A stretch of DNA of 64,000 bases from NCBI RefSeq assembly GCF_964204645.1, contig NC_134025.1, positions 8,308,001-8,372,000 of the forward strand, written 5' to 3'. The notes below the pieces were generated by a model that was not told the DNA's origin, searched no databases, and saw only the letters and a program-made list of their open reading frames with translations. This document shows positions 1-15,700 of this stretch, one piece after another. Source of the stretch: Tubulanus polymorphus. Its lineage: Eukaryota > Animalia > Nemertea. The first letter of the stretch is position 1; the number at the start of each line of letters is the position of its first letter. The translations under genes were made by a program, and so were the position numbers.

Positions 1-663
1 GAAGTAAGTCATTAGCACATGGTTGTAATCAGTCACTGATATTTTTAAGAAGTGATATCAATGATATAACTTGTTCATGATATGTAATCGTTATTGCTTC
101 AATTTCAAAATTCAAAATCTCTATTTTGTTGTTAGATTCTGAATTGAAGCAATATTGCTTGGCGTGCTTTCTAATCTATGTATTATATGATACAAGGCAA
201 GATCATCACCTTGTTGCTCAATTCACGCTCACAATTAGAGACAATGCTTCAGGATTATTTTTAATAGATCAAAGATTGTAATGATGTTTCATGATTTCAT
301 TGATATACGATTGAAATACCCATATGGTTTTTGTATAATCCCAGTTATTCTTTAACATTAATATGTGCTGATGAATTTAATATGATTTAATAAATGATTA
401 ATTCACGATCATTTTGTGCACATGACACAATCAATAGATATTTTTGAAACCATTTGCTTGAGGTTTCTACGAGATAAGATCAAATATTATTTCCATATTA
501 TTACCTATTTCACATCCTTCAGTAAGGAAAAGATTAAATCAATTGATTACAACTGAATTACAAACTATAATGCCATAACAATGCTAGTATTTGATTCTTT
601 GGAAGAAATACCTTTGGTTGGAAGTTACCGCTAGTGACAAGATTCATTTGATTTTTTCAACAG

Positions 664-793
664 ATGTACAAAGATGGAGACAAACACACTTTAGTCATTC
701 AAGAAGCTTTCCCTGAAGATTCTGGCATTTATACTTGTCGGGCAGTTAATAGTGGTGGTTTTGCTGAATGCGCCTCTGAGCTGTTTGTTGAAC
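664..793 (+). CDS. Exon: C-terminal half of Ig domain
   Basis: caacag|ATG...GAAC|gtaagt; EAFPEDSGIYTCRAVN. Confidence 0.9.
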
Positions 794-3700
794 GTAAGTT
801 TTTCATGATTTTAAGGCATGGTTTGTTCTATCCAAAACTCGTGTGCGTGTGTGTGGCATGATTTTCAATTTTGAATGACCGACAAATTCATCTGACAAAT
901 TGAGCATGTATTACCTAGTGTACTGACATTTCTATTGCAGATACCTACCTACCTATGCATATGAAACTTTTATTTCAGCTTAACTAGAATAATTGAATCT
1001 ATAGTAGCCACTTTTGTTAAATTGTACGCATGTCAATCAATCATTAAACATAGGTTTTCTAGCTAGAATTTTCTTGGTGTGATATACAGTTATTCAAGCT
1101 TACTATGAAACTGCATGTTTCAATGTTCTACTGACAAGGGTTTTCTCAGGTAAAATAATCTTATTCAAATTATTTCTGCATGATTCGAAATTTTGTTGTA
1201 TATTCCATATCTACCATTTTACCATTCTACATTCTAAGATGATCTAAATTTTCCAAAGATTCAGAACAAATGTGAAATCTTGTATTGTATCAGATTTGCT
1301 AAAAACCTCTTCAAATATCGTTTTACAGCTATAGAGGAAACTGCAGTTTCTACTGCTAGTATTTCTCTGCAAAAGCGTGATATCTCTCCCGAAACCTACA
1401 CTGAGAAGAAAATCTCTGTGTCTGAATTCCAAATGTCCCAAGAAAGGGAGCTGACCGAGCAAGCTCAACCACCCACATTCTTTAAGTCTTTGTCACCTGA
1501 ACGAACAATTCCAGCTGGTCAAACAGCCAAGTGAGTAATTTATTTATGAATTTACATGTAATGTTATTCAATTTTTAGCAAATTACTGATAAAAGACTTT
1601 ATACTTCTAGATTGGAATGTCGTGTCAATGCATATCCCCTTCCAAAAATAACATGGTATGTAAACAGTCGTGAGATCAAGCCATCTCCGAAGTATCGTAT
1701 CATACGGGAGGGAAGCACATGCATCCTGGTTATTGTTGATGTGCGACCACAGGATGCTGGAGAATATATTCTCAAAGCTGAGAATGAACTTGGTGAAACC
1801 ACTTGTCGAACGGTGCTCAATATTTCTTGTGAGTAGATTATATTTCTATTTATTTGATGACTGTTTTCTGCCAAGTTTATCAATCAAAAAATTAAAAGCA
1901 ATCAAGCTGTATTAGAATTAAGGGATATACATTTAAAGTAGTTCATTAGTACATAGGAAATCATTTTCATTGCCAATTTCAGTGGCTCCATCAGATTCTC
2001 AAAAGAAGCCAGTCGATATTGATACCAAAAGTAAAGGCCTAAAGACTCAACCAATTAGACAAGTGCCTATGAAACCAGTGTTTGTGCAGTCACTCAAACC
2101 TAAAATACGAGCAACTACAAGAAGCGTTGCCAGGTAAAGAAATTCTCTTTTATGATAATGCTCTTGTTTTTTATCTGTGTGTCTTGACCACATAAATTTT
2201 CATTTGTTTGAAAATATTCTCTGTTCCAGACTTGAAGTACAGATTGATTCCTATCCTGAGCCCCTTATTGAATGGTTTGTAAATGGTCTACTCATAAATC
2301 CTTCTGCTCATTATGAGATGTTCAGAGAAGAAAACAAATCTGTATTACTGATTATTGATGTCAGCCCAGAGGATACTGGTGAATACACTTGTAAAGCAAC
2401 GTCAGACCTTGGAACAGCTATAAGCACGGCTACTCTTTATGTTACTGGTGTGTTATTATTAATTTATTCTACTAATTCATCAATTTTTAGCTTGATGGTG
2501 ACCAAAGGTCAGCAGAGAGAGTTGCAGAGAGTGACCCATATTCATATGAAGTCTTACAGTGTTTATTTATTGCATCATAACCAAATTGAATATGGATGAT
2601 CTATGGGTCAACATCTATATAAGTTACATAGCTATTCTTGGATATGATTCCTTAAGGGTACCCATAGTGTTGTGACCATTAGATTAAACAAGAATGATTA
2701 AGTTAACAAAACACAGCAGAGCTATATCAGCCGATAGGCTGCTTGTCTGTATTTAACTATAGAGCTATCAGACGTATAGCAACGTAAGTTTATAATTGTG
2801 TTCTAAATTTCAGAACCAATTGAATTGATTCCATCAGAGGAGGTGCAAGCTGATGAACCTGTGTCAGTTGAGGTAGATATGCAGCCACCCAGATTTACAG
2901 AAGAACCAAAATCCATTTCAGCTACTGATGGTGATGAAATCACTATGAGATGTACTGTGACTGGAAAACCTATGCCAAAGATAACCTGGTTTCAGAATGA
3001 CAAAAATATATCAGAAAGTGAGGACTTTGTTGTTAACTATGATGACACAACAGGTGAAGTTTCTCTTCTTATTGTTGAATGTTTTCCGGAAGATCAGGGT
3101 GTTTATCGCTGCATTGCGGTGAATCCAATTGGAGAAGCTACTACATCTTGTATTTTGGAGGTGAAAGAGACCGAGTTAGAACCATCGTCTGAGGAGGAGG
3201 TTCCTGAGCACAAACTTCCCACCGAAGAGCCTAAATCTGAAGAAGTTGTTATGGAGGTTAAAGTTAAGAAAGAGCTTACCTTACCACCTGAATTCAAGGA
3301 TATTCCGCAAGCTGTTGAAGTTAGGACAAAGAAGACTATATCTGAAGTGGAAATTCTACCGATTGATGAGCCTGATGCTGAACTTCCAAAGCAGCTTTCA
3401 CCAAAAGAAAAGACTATCATAGAGGAAGAAATAACTATACAAAAAGTTGAAAAGAAAGAGCCTGAAATAGTTTTTAAGGATCTTGACATACCTTCAGAAG
3501 TACAGCCACAACAGGCAATTGTTGAGAAAATATCTGAGGTTAAGGTTGAGAGGAAGGTTGAAGGACCCTCAGAATTCAAAGATTTACCCAAAGAGAAACC
3601 TAAAGAAAAGGTATCCGTAGTTGATATTGCACCCATTGAGATTTTGGATGTTGAACTACCTACGGTCCAAACCACAGCAGACACTGTTGTAGAAACTGTG

Positions 3701-6700
3701 ACAGAAGTCATGGTTGAGAAGAAGCCAACTGAGATTCATTTTGAAATTGTTGAACAGGTTCAAGATGTAGAACAAGCTGAACCACCTCATATGATTGTGC
3801 CATTACAGCCAAAACTAGCAAAAGATGGCGAACAGGTAACATTGACCTGCACTGTAAGTGGTAAACCAATGCCAGAAATCATCTGGTACAAGAATGAAGA
3901 AGTGTTGGAACCAACAGAGCATATGCAAATCACCTTTAATACCGAAACTGGTGAATCGACCATAACAATTCCAGATGCTATTGAAGAGGATACTGCTGTT
4001 TATACAGTTAAAGCTGTCAATCCTGCCGGTGAATCAAAGTGTACGGCTAACTTGATAGTCCAACGTAAGTTCACATACTTTTTCGTCAATACCCGGTAAT
4101 CATGAGCCAGGGCTCTTAACTTACAAAATTATTAACTGATCATTTATACCTGTATAGAACCACCACCAGAAGGCACTACAGTTACTACAACTGTTGTCAC
4201 CAAAAAGACATCAACAGTTGTCCAAGACACTGATGTAGTGAAACATGTTACTGTTATGGAGAAGTCACCTACATTTGATCTTCCATTATTGCCTGTTGTA
4301 GAAGCAAATGAGGGAGGAACCGTAATGTGAGTTGATCAAAATAGTTATAGTGATTGTATCCATTTCTAATCTAAGACAATGATCTGTAACAATATTCTGT
4401 AAGAATGATGTTTTACTTAAATTCTTATGTTATTTATAGCCTTGAATGCAAGGTTGATGCATTACCACCTCCAACTGTTACCTGGTATGTCAATGAACTG
4501 GAAATATTTCCATCTGCTCACATGGTGATTGACCAAGAAGAAGGTCTTTGTAAATTGAAAATTGTAGAAGTAACTACAGAAGATTCAGGGGATTATATTT
4601 GCAAAGCTTTTAACAAACTTGGTGATGCATTATCCAAAACAACTCTCAATGTTAAAGGTTTGTAGAGTTTAGTTAATTCTAATTTGTGATACTTCATGAA
4701 ATTCTGCATGTATCAAAATTTATGAATTTATATATACCTACAGCAGTTGAAAAGCCACGACCAAAGGTGGAACCTGAAAAGGAATCTGAAAAGAAATCTG
4801 AACCTGAAAAAACTACTGAAGAGGTAACTATTACCGTTCAGAAGACTGTGACACCAGAACAGACTGTAGAGATAACAACAAGTTCAGAAGGACCTAAAGA
4901 GGCTCCACATAAACCTCCGGAATTCACAAGGCACCTTGAACCCATCACAGCAGTGGATGGTGAACGAGTAACATTGACTGTGGAATTTGATGGTATACCT
5001 ACACCAGACATAACTTGGTATCGTGATAATCGTAAGATTGAACCAAGTACTGATTTTCAAATTTTCATTGATATGGAGAATAGATTAAGCACTTTAGTCA
5101 TTATAGAGGTATTCCCTGAAGACCAGGGTGAATACATGTGTCAAGCTGTTAATCCTTATGGTGAAGCCAGGACATCATGCACTCTCACAATCACTGGTAA
5201 GCGGTTACTTGTCAAATTCATTTCATTGCTTTTACATGTATAAGAATTTTTATGGGTAGACTGATGAAAGTCGACAAAATAGTAAATGCTATTATCAATC
5301 CATACATGTTTAATTTTAGTGTCTGAACATGAAACATCTGAATCTGTAATTGTGGTTGAGAAACCTGCAACTGTTTCTGAAACTCTTGTCATTGAACATG
5401 AGAAGAAGCCAGAGGAAGTTACATTACAAGTAACAATGCCAGATATCACTGAAAAAGTGATTGAAATACAAAAAATTGGAATGACAGAGATGCAGATAAC
5501 AACTGAAGCCAAGAAGACAGAAGAAATTCATGTTGCTGAACAAAAAATTGACAAAGTAATCCATCTGGAACCTGATGAAACTCATAAAGAGGAAGTAACG
5601 TTAGAGTTGACAAAGGAAGAACCCCAGTCTCCTAAATTTACTTGGCCTTTGATGAGCCTTAAAGTGATGGATGGGGAGTCAGCCAAATTTCACACTGAAG
5701 TATTTGGTGTCCCAAAGCCAGAAATTACTTGGTTCCACAACATGGAGATTATTAAGTCAAGTCCTGATTTTGAACTGACATATAAAAAGGATACAGGAAT
5801 TTGTGAACTCTTTATCAGTGAGGTTTTCCCTGAAGATACAGGTGAATACATGTGTGAAGCATCTAATCAACAAGGAAAAGCAGTTACCAAAGCCACTCTG
5901 GAAGTTAGACGTAAGTTTCACATATTTTAATTGATTGACAAATCTAGTTCTATCAAAATTGGTATATTATCTAGTTTTCAAAACTTTTTCAATGTTTTCA
6001 GCATTTGAGTATGTTCCCAGTAGTTCTGAATCAGTGCCATCAACATCAAAAGAAGAAGAGGAAGAATCTATTGAAAAGGTTCGTACAATGACCCAACTGG
6101 TGTCATTAGAAAGTAAAGAAATACCACAGGAAGTCGAGACTAATAAGGAACAGGTCAATTTGGAATTTCAACCCAAGCAACAACCGGTTGGAGTGGTGTC
6201 TGTAGAAATCGACTCACAAACAACTCAGCTTATTGAAGGAGAAAAGCCAGAAGTTATTGAAGGAACAGAAACAATATTTGAATTTGAAGTTCAAACTAAA
6301 GAAGGGTTTGAATCACATGTTGTTCCTGTTGAAGAAAAGCACATAGGGCATGTTACAGAAGATATTGTCATTCATCCTGAAACAAAACAAATTGATGAAA
6401 AAGAGGTTTCCCTCATTTTGGAGACATCTGAAAAGGATGACATTGAGAGCTATGTTAGTACTCAACAAATTGAGGAACCAGTTCTGATATCACATGAAAT
6501 ACAAATTGAATCAAAGCCTGAAGCCCTTAAAGGAACGGCAGTTGATCTAGTGACTACAACCTCAAGTAAAACAAAGGTTGAGTCACGGGTAACCCCTCTT
6601 GATGAAACACATATCGAACATGTCACTGAAGAAATCAGGATTCAGGTCAGGCCTGATCAAGTTGAGCACAAAGAAATCACATTAGATATTGATGTTGGTG

Positions 6701-9700
6701 AAAAAACTAAAATTGAGTCCCGTGTTCAACCCACTGCAGAAGAGCAGCCTGAGCATGCAACTGAAGAGGTTAGCTTTGAAGTGAAGCCTGACAGGACCCA
6801 ACAACAGGAAGTGACTGTTAAAGTTGATCTTGGTAAACAAACAGAGATTCCAACTCGGGTTCAACAGCTAGAAGAAATACAGTCACAGTCATTCACTGAA
6901 GAAATAGTTATTGATTCTGAGCTGCAGAAAGTAGAAGAGAAAGAAGTATCTCTCACTGTTGACTTGGGCCAGAAAACTAAAGTAGAATCTAGGGTTCAAC
7001 AAACAGCCGAGGATCAACCTGAACACATAACAGAGGAAATTACTTTAGACATCAAGCCTGACCAGATGCAAGAACAAGAAGTTACACTTCAACTTGTTGT
7101 TGGTGAACAGTCTAAACCTGAATCCCTTGTTCAACCAGTAGCTGAGGATCAGCCTGAAAACATAACTGAAGAAGTTAGTTTTGAAGTCAAGCCAGACAAA
7201 ACTGAACAGAAAGAGGTAACTCTTCAAGTAGATGTTGGTAAGAAAACTAAATTGGAATCCCAAATTCAACTAACCGCTGAAGATCAACCTGAACAAATGA
7301 CTAAAGAATTACATTTTGAAATCAAGCCAGACAAAACTGAACAACAAGAGGTAACTCTTCAAATCGATGTAGGTGAGAAAACTAAACTGGAATCCCAGGT
7401 TCAACTCACTGCTGAGGATCAACCTGAACAAGTGACTGAAGAATTACATTTTGAAATCAAGCCAGACAAATCCGAACAACAAGAGGTAACTCTTCAAGTC
7501 GATGTAGGTGAGAAAACTAAACTGGAATCCCAGGTTCAACTCACTGCTGAGGATCAACCTGAACAAGTGATTGAAGAATTACATTTTGAAATCAAGCCTG
7601 ACAAATCCGAACAACAAGAGGTAACTCTTCAAATCGATGTAGGTGAGAAAACTAAACTGGAATCCCAGGTTCAACTCACTGCTGAGGATCAACCTGAACA
7701 AGTGACTGAAGAATTACATTTTGAAATCAAGCCAGACAAATCCGAACAACAAGAGGTAACTCTTCAAATCGATGTAGGTGAGAAAACTAAACTGGAATCC
7801 CAGGTTCAACTCACTGCTGAGGATCAACCTGAACAAGTGATTGAAGAATTACATTTTGAAATCAAGCCAGACAAAACTGAACAACAAGAGGTAACTCTTC
7901 AAATCGATGTAGGTGAGAAAACTAAACTGGAATCCCAGGTTCAACTCACTGCTGAGGATCAACCTGAACAAGTGACTGAAGAATTACATTTTGAAATCAA
8001 GCCAGACAAATCCGAACAACAAGAGGTAACTCTTCAAGTCGATGTAGGTGAGAAAACTAAACTGGAATCCCAGGTTCAACTAACTGCTGAGGATCAACCT
8101 GAACAAGTGACTGAAGAATTACATTTTGAAATCAAGCCAGACAAATCCGAACAACAAGAGGTAACTCTTCAAATCGATGTAGGTGAGAAAACTAAACTGG
8201 AATCCCAGGTTCAACTCACTGCTGAGGATCAACCTGAACAAGTGACTGAAGAATTACATTTTGAAATCAAGCCAGACAAATCTGAACAACAAGAGGTAAC
8301 TCTTCAAGTCGATGTAGGTGAGAAAACTAAACTGGAATCCCAGGTTCAACTAACTGCTGAGGATCAACCTGAACAAGTGACTGAAGAATTACATTTTGAA
8401 ATCAAGCCAGACAAAACTGAACAACAAGAGGTAACCCTTCAAGTTGATGTAGGTGAGAAGACTAAACTGGAATCCCAAGTTCAACTCACTGCTGAAGATC
8501 AACCAGAACAAGTCACTGAGGAAGTCAGCTTTGAAGTGAAACATGATAAAACTGAAGAAGGGGAAGTGACGATTCAAGTTGACGTTAGTCAGCAGACCAA
8601 ACCTGAATCACTAGTTCAAGAAACCTCTGAGGAACAGCCAGAACATGTGACAGAGGAGATAAGTTTTGAAGCTAAGCCGGATAAGACTGAACCACGGGAA
8701 GTAACTTTGTCAGTTGATGTTAGCCAAAAAACCAAACTAGAAATGAGAGTTGAATCAACAGCTGAAGATCAACCGGAACAAATTACACAAGAAATTAGTT
8801 TTGAGATCCAACCTGATCAGACCCAACAAAGAGAAGTAACAATTGAAGTTGATGTGGGTAAAAAATCTATTCCAGAATCTCTTGTTCAGCAGACAGCTGA
8901 GATCCAACCTGAACATGTCACCGAAGAGGTCAGCTTTGAGGTTAAACCAGACACAACTGAACAACAAGAAATTGCTTTAACTGTTGACCTTGGTAAGCAA
9001 ACAGAAATTCAGACTCGTGTTCAACAGTTGGAAGAAATTCAGCCAGAATCATTCACTGAAGAAATTGCTCTGGAGTCAAAACAGCAGAAGGTAGAAGAAA
9101 AGGAAATATCTCTTGATGTTGACTCTAGCCAGAAAACTAAATTGGAATCAAGAGTTCAACAAACTGATGAGGATCAACCAGAACATGTTACGGAAGAAAT
9201 TAGCTTTGAGATCAAACCAGACAAAACTGATCAACAGGAAGTCACACTTCAGGTTGATGTTGGTAAGAAGACTAAACTTGAATCACAAGTTCAACTGATT
9301 GCTGAGGATCAACCTGAACAAGTGACTGAAGAAATCAGTTTTGAAATCAAGCCTGAAAAAACTGGACAAGAAGAAGTGAAACTTCAGGTTGATGTTAGCC
9401 AAAAGACTAAACTTGAATCATTGGTGCAGCAAACAGCTGAGGAACAGCCAGAACATATGACAGAGGAAGTCAGCTTCGAAATAAAGCCTGACACAACTGA
9501 ACAACATGAGGTCACCTTGTCCATTGATGTTAGTGAAAAGACTAAAGTGGAATCAAGAGTTCAACCAACAGCTGAGGATCATCCTGAACAGATGACGGAA
9601 GAAATAAGTTTTGAGATCAAACCAGATCAGACTCAACAGCAAGAAGTAACACTTAAAGTTGATATGGGTAAGAAATCTAAACCAGAATCCCTTGTTCAAC

Positions 9701-12700
9701 AAACAGATGAAGACCTACCTGAACATGTTATAGAAGAAGTCAGTTTTGAAATTAAGCCTGATCAAACCGAGCAACATGAGGTAACGCTTCAGGTTGATGT
9801 CAGTGAGAAATCGATACCTGAGTCTCTTGTCCAACAAACTGCTGAAGATCAACCAGAGTATGTTACTGAGGAAGTAAGTTTTGCAATCAAACCTGATAAA
9901 ACTCAACAACAGGAAGTGACGCTTCAAGTTGATGTTGGCCAAAAGACTACTGTTGAGTCTTTAGTTAAGCCAACAGCAGAAGACCAACCGGAACATATGA
10001 CTCAAGAAATAAGTTTTGAAGTCCGGCCTGACAAGACTGAAGAACAAGAAGTTACATTGATGGTTGATGTAGGTGGAAAGACAGAAATCCAAACACGTGT
10101 TCAACAATTAGAAGAACAACAACCTGAGTCCTTCACTCAAGAAATGACTATTGATATCCAGAAAAAAGAGATAAAACCAGAAGAAATTGAGCTGAAACTG
10201 TCAGTTTCGGAACAATCGCGTTTACAGACAATGGTAGGTGCACAGGAAGAAGTCAGGTCAGAACAAGTTACAGAGGATTTTGTTGATGGTCCAAGACCTT
10301 CAACTACAACTCCAGCAGAAATAACTGTTGAGCTTAGCGAAGCAACTGGTGAGGTCGTACATACTTTAGTCCAACAACAGCTAGAAGATATTAAAACACA
10401 TATCACGGATACAGAAATTACATCAGATATAACATCTGAAGTAACAGAGCCTCAAGAAGTAACATTGACCCTAGATATTGCTGGAACTGGCAAGAAAGAA
10501 ATGCATGTTGAAGTCTCTGAAACAGAACTTCAACCACAAACTACTGAAACTGTGTCAACTGAAATATCTACTGAGGAGATTAAACCATCAGAAGTCAAAG
10601 TAAATGTCCGTCGATCTTCCATTTCATCTCCTGTATCACGTGTGCAGTCACTTACAGTTGTGCAGGAAGGAGAAGAAATTGAGGAAGCTGTTTCAAGTTT
10701 GGCTACTGATGAGACATCCCCTGAAGAGGTAACTGTAAATTTAGAAAAAGCAGCTGTTACTGGTAAGCAAGCACAGCGAACAGAAGCAGTAATGGAGTTA
10801 AGAGAATTTGAAGAAATTTCAACTGTTGATGAAGCATCTTCACAAGAAACAACACCCTCAGAAATTACAGTAGAATATTCAAGACCTGAAATAAAACAGA
10901 AGCTTACCACTAAAATTCAACACACAATCGAGGAAGAAAAATCTGATGAAGTTACATCAGTTGAGCAGATTCAAACAGAAGAAACAAAGACTTCAGAAAT
11001 TAAAGTTGACTTTCGACGACACAGCATCGATATGTCAACTCGCATTTCACGTGTCCAGCCACTTACAGAGTCAAATGAATTAGAGGAGGTTCATGATGTG
11101 AGTGGGGTGTCTACTGAAGGATCGACTCACAAAGAGGTCTCAGTCACTTTGGATAAACCAGATATTGAGACTAAAAAAGAAACTCTGGTAATGCTTATTG
11201 AAGAGGAACAGACTACGGAAGAGGTTGGAAGTACACAAATCTTGGCCAAAGAAGAAACAAAATCTGAAGAAGTTAGTGTTCCCCTAGAAAAACCTTCCAT
11301 TGAGGTTAAACCAGTGACAAGGGCTGAGGCTGTTCAAGAAGAAAAGGTTACTGAAGAAATTTCCTCTGTTGAAGAACCAACTACAGAAAAGACAGATCTC
11401 ATGGATGTAACCATTCAACTGTCTAAACCAAAGGTCCAACAAAAAATGACTACAAAGGTAACTGAGACTACTGATGATCGTACTTCTGAAGACATAAGTC
11501 AGTTAGATGTATTGGCAATGGAAGAAACAAAACCAGTTGAAATAACATTTGACTTAAATAAATCTACTAAAGAAAAGACTGTTACTCGAGTTCAAACTCT
11601 GACTGAGGTTCGTGAGTTAGAGGAAACAATTGATGTAGCAGGGATAATTTCTGAAGGTAGTACCCATGACAAAGTCGCTGTGGATCTAGAAAAACATGAA
11701 ATAGTTTCTAAGCAGGAGACTTTAATTCAGCAAGTAGAAGAAGATAAATCTGCTGAGGAGGCAAGTACAACTGATGAAGTACCATCTGAATGGACTGAAC
11801 CCACTGAAATTGTGCTTGAGTTAGAGAAATCTTCCATTAGTGTAAAGCCTGTCACTCGGGCTGAAACCATTCAACAGTTAAAGGAATCAGAAGATATTAC
11901 TTCAGTCGAACAAATAATGCCTGAAAAATCAGAATCTAGTGAAATAACAGTTGCATTGGGTCGACCACAAATTCAACAGAAGATTTCAATGAAAGTTACT
12001 CATGTGACTGAAGAGAAACCATCAGATGAACTCATGGAAGTAAGTGAAATAACCCCAGAAGAAACAAAATCCTCTGAGATTTCTGTTGATCTAGGCAAAT
12101 CCTGCATTGATAAAATGGTTACTCGTGTTCAAGCTCTTACTGAGGAGCGAGAAGATGAAGAAGCTGTTGACGTTACAGGTGTTTCTTCTCAGGAAACGAC
12201 ACATGACAAAGTAACTGTAGAATTTGAACAGCATGAGGTTACTCCTAAACAGGAAACACAAGTCCTGTTTGTAAAGGAAGATAGAGCAATAGAAGAAACT
12301 GGCAAAACTGTAGACATACCTAGTGAAAAAACTGAACCGCTAGAAATTGTACTTAAATTAGAGAAATCATCAGTTGATGTGAAACCTGTCACTCGGACCG
12401 GTACTATTGAAGAACAAAAGGAATCAGAAGAGGTATCATCTGTTATTGAATTAACAAGTGACAAAACTGAACCAACTGAAATTTCAACGATGTTTGATAA
12501 GCCGAAAGTTCAGCAAAAGATCTCAACTAAAGTGACTCATGTAACAGAGGAAAAGAAATCTGATGAAATAGCTGAGGTCACTGCTCATGCAGCTGAAGAA
12601 ACCCAACCTTCAGAAATTTCTGTTGAATTAAGAAAGTCAACAGTTGAGAAGATGGTAACCAGAGTTCAAGCAATCACTGAAGAACGTGAAGGTGAAGAAA

Positions 12701-15700
12701 CAGTTGATGCAGCTGGTGTGTCATCAGAAGGAACAACACATGATAAGATTACTTTTGATCTTGCACAACATGATGTTTCTCCTAAACAGGAAACGCTCGT
12801 TGTATTAGTCGAAGAAGAAAAGTCTGACGAAGAAACTGAAACTACGGATGAATTAGCCATGGAACAAACAAAACCTTCAGATGTCATTGTTTCTTTGGAA
12901 AAATCTTCTGTAGATGTTAAGCCAGTTACTCGAACAGAGGCAGTACGTGAAGAAGAGTTCGCTGAGGAAACATCATTAGTTGATGAATTACCCTCAGAAA
13001 AGACTGAAAGTTCAGAAGTTAGTCTCAAATTTGACAAACCAAAAGTTCAACAAAAGACTGCAACAAAGGTTAGCCATGTCATTGAGGAAAAGCCACTAGA
13101 GGAAACATGTGATGTTGGTGAACTCAATACAGAAGAAACTGGGCACTCTGAAATAACTTTTGACTTGGGAAAATCAAAGTCAGAGACTACAGTATCAAGA
13201 GTCCAGGCTTTGACTGAAGTTCAAGAAGGTGAAGAAGTTGTCACAACTGAAGGCGTTTCATCTGATGAGACTGCACATGAAGAGATAAAGATGAAATTAG
13301 ATAAACCAGCTCTTGAAAAGAAAATAGTCACAAGGACTGAGGCTGTATTGGAGAAAAACGAGATTGAGGAGGCTGTTGAAGTGGAGCTGACAGCTCCTGA
13401 AGAGACACAAACAACTGATATTGTATTTGATTTGTCACAACCTAAGGTCGTACAAAAGGTAGTTACAAAAACTACACATACAACTGAAGATAGATCTGCT
13501 GAAGAGATTATTGATGTAGATAAATTAACTACTGAGGAAGCACTACCCTCAGAGGTTATGATCGATTTAGGAAAGCCAACCATTGATAAAGCAGTTTCTC
13601 GTGTACATATTGTTACCGAAGTATGTGAAGATGAAGAGACAGTTGATGTTTCTGGTATTAAACCTGATGGGATGACACATAAAGATATAACTGTTGACTT
13701 GGAAAAGCCAACAGTTGAAGATAAAACAGAAACAATGGTTGGTATATCTGAGGAAGAAAAACCAGCTGGTGAATTTAGCACAACTGAAGCTCCCATAACA
13801 GAAGAGACAACTTCTTCTGAAATAAGTATTGAATTGGACAAACAGTCACATGTACAACATAGACGTGAGAGTTTGGTTATGATAACATTAGAAGAAAAGC
13901 CAACTGAAGAACTTACTACTACTACTGAGCTTATCAGTGAAGAGACTCAACCCACAGAAATGACAATTGAGTTAGACAAACCCGATATTTCAGAGAAAAA
14001 GGAAAGCAGAGTTGTTGCTGTCCTTGAGCAGTTGGGCCCAGAAGAAGCAGCCTCATTGACAGTTACTAAAAAAGAACCTCTAGAAATTGCTCCTACTGAG
14101 ATTGAAGTACCATTAGATGCTGCAGAAGTCAAACCAATTGAAAAGCCTGGTAAGATTGAAGTTACATCTGTTGATATTGGCCCCCAATTATTGACTGAAG
14201 AAGTGATGATGACTCTTGAAGCTCCAACAGAGACGGTTACAACTGAGCTTACAGTTACAAAGAGGGAAACATCCGAAGTTGAAATGGAAATACCCAAACC
14301 TAAAACAGAAGAAGTCCAAATGTCTATTACCATGGATGCTGAAAAACCAAAACAGATCGTTGAGGAAACTCTAAGTTTTGAGGTGAAACCATCTGTTCAG
14401 GAGGCTGTCTCCATGGATGTTAATTTAGAAACTAAAAAACCAGTCAAACCAATTGAAAAGCCTGGTAAGATTGAAGTCACATCTGTTAATATTGGCCCAA
14501 AATCATTGACTGAGGAAGTAACAATGTCTCTTGAAGCTCCAACAGAGACGGTTACAACTGAGCTTACAGTAACAAAGAGGGAAACATCCGAAGTTGAAAT
14601 GGAAATACCAAAACCTAAAACTGAAGAAGTCCAAATGTCTATTACCATGGATGCTGAAAAACCAAAACAGATTGTTGAGGAAACTGTAAGTTTTGAGGTG
14701 AAACCATCTGTTCAAGAGGCAGTCTCCATGGATGTTAATTTAGAAACCAAAAAACCAAAGAAAACTGCTACAGAAGTATTTTCGACCATTGAATTAGATA
14801 TCAGCCCACAGGAAATTGTGACACAAGAGATTACATTGGATGTGAAGGCTGAAAAGCCTAAACATGAAGTGACAGAAGAAGTGATAACTGAAGATAAGAA
14901 ACCAGATGTCCATTCTGAAATTTCTTTTGATTTGAAACCCAAAGAAAAGAAGGTTGTCACTTTTGATATAGATGCTCAAACTGAAACTACAATGGTTTCT
15001 GAAATCACTTGTGATTTCGGACCACAGTTTGAAGAAGTACAGATTCAAATTCCTGGTCCCGAGAAAGAAATCAAAACTGAAAAGTTTAAGGAGACCTTGG
15101 AAGTTTTACCAACCTTTACAAAAGAATTAACAGATATTATGGTGCATGATGGAGAACGAGCTACTTTTGTTGTGGAATACCAACCTGAGCCAAAGTCAGT
15201 GCAATGGTATGTCAATGGCATAGAAATTAAGCCTACCCCAGATTTTGAGATAACTTATACCAAGTACTCATCAACATTGACAATAGTCGATGTGATGCCT
15301 GAAGACGAGGGTATATATTCTATTAAAATTACCAATGACGCAGGAACTACTACCTCTGAATGCCATCTTACTGTCCTAGGTAAAGGAACTTTTAATCCAA
15401 TTTTTTCACTTGAAAATTATCTATTCATTATAGCACAATGAAGTTCAATTTCATTTCTTTTTTACAATTTCAGAAGAAGTCACTAAAGTTACTGAGGAAA
15501 AAGTGACTTTGGAATATAAAGTTGACACTGTACAGGAATCCTTTAAGTCTGTAGAAGTAGATATTGCTGTTGAAGGACCTAAAAAGAAAGGTAATGAAAA
15601 TTATTTTCAATATTACTTGATATATTATTTCATCATCTTATTTGAAAATAAATAAGGTGTTCACTTTATCTGGATTTGACTGTTTTGTAGAAGAACCTCT

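Noticed and set aside
2532-2610. Short imperfect inverted repeats (also near 32278-32305)
   Set aside because: Arms are short and no TSD is discernible; expected by chance in AT-rich introns.
3103-15048. Multiple Ser-rich minus-strand ORFs over the giant exons
   Set aside because: Antisense shadows of Glu/Thr-rich coding sequence.
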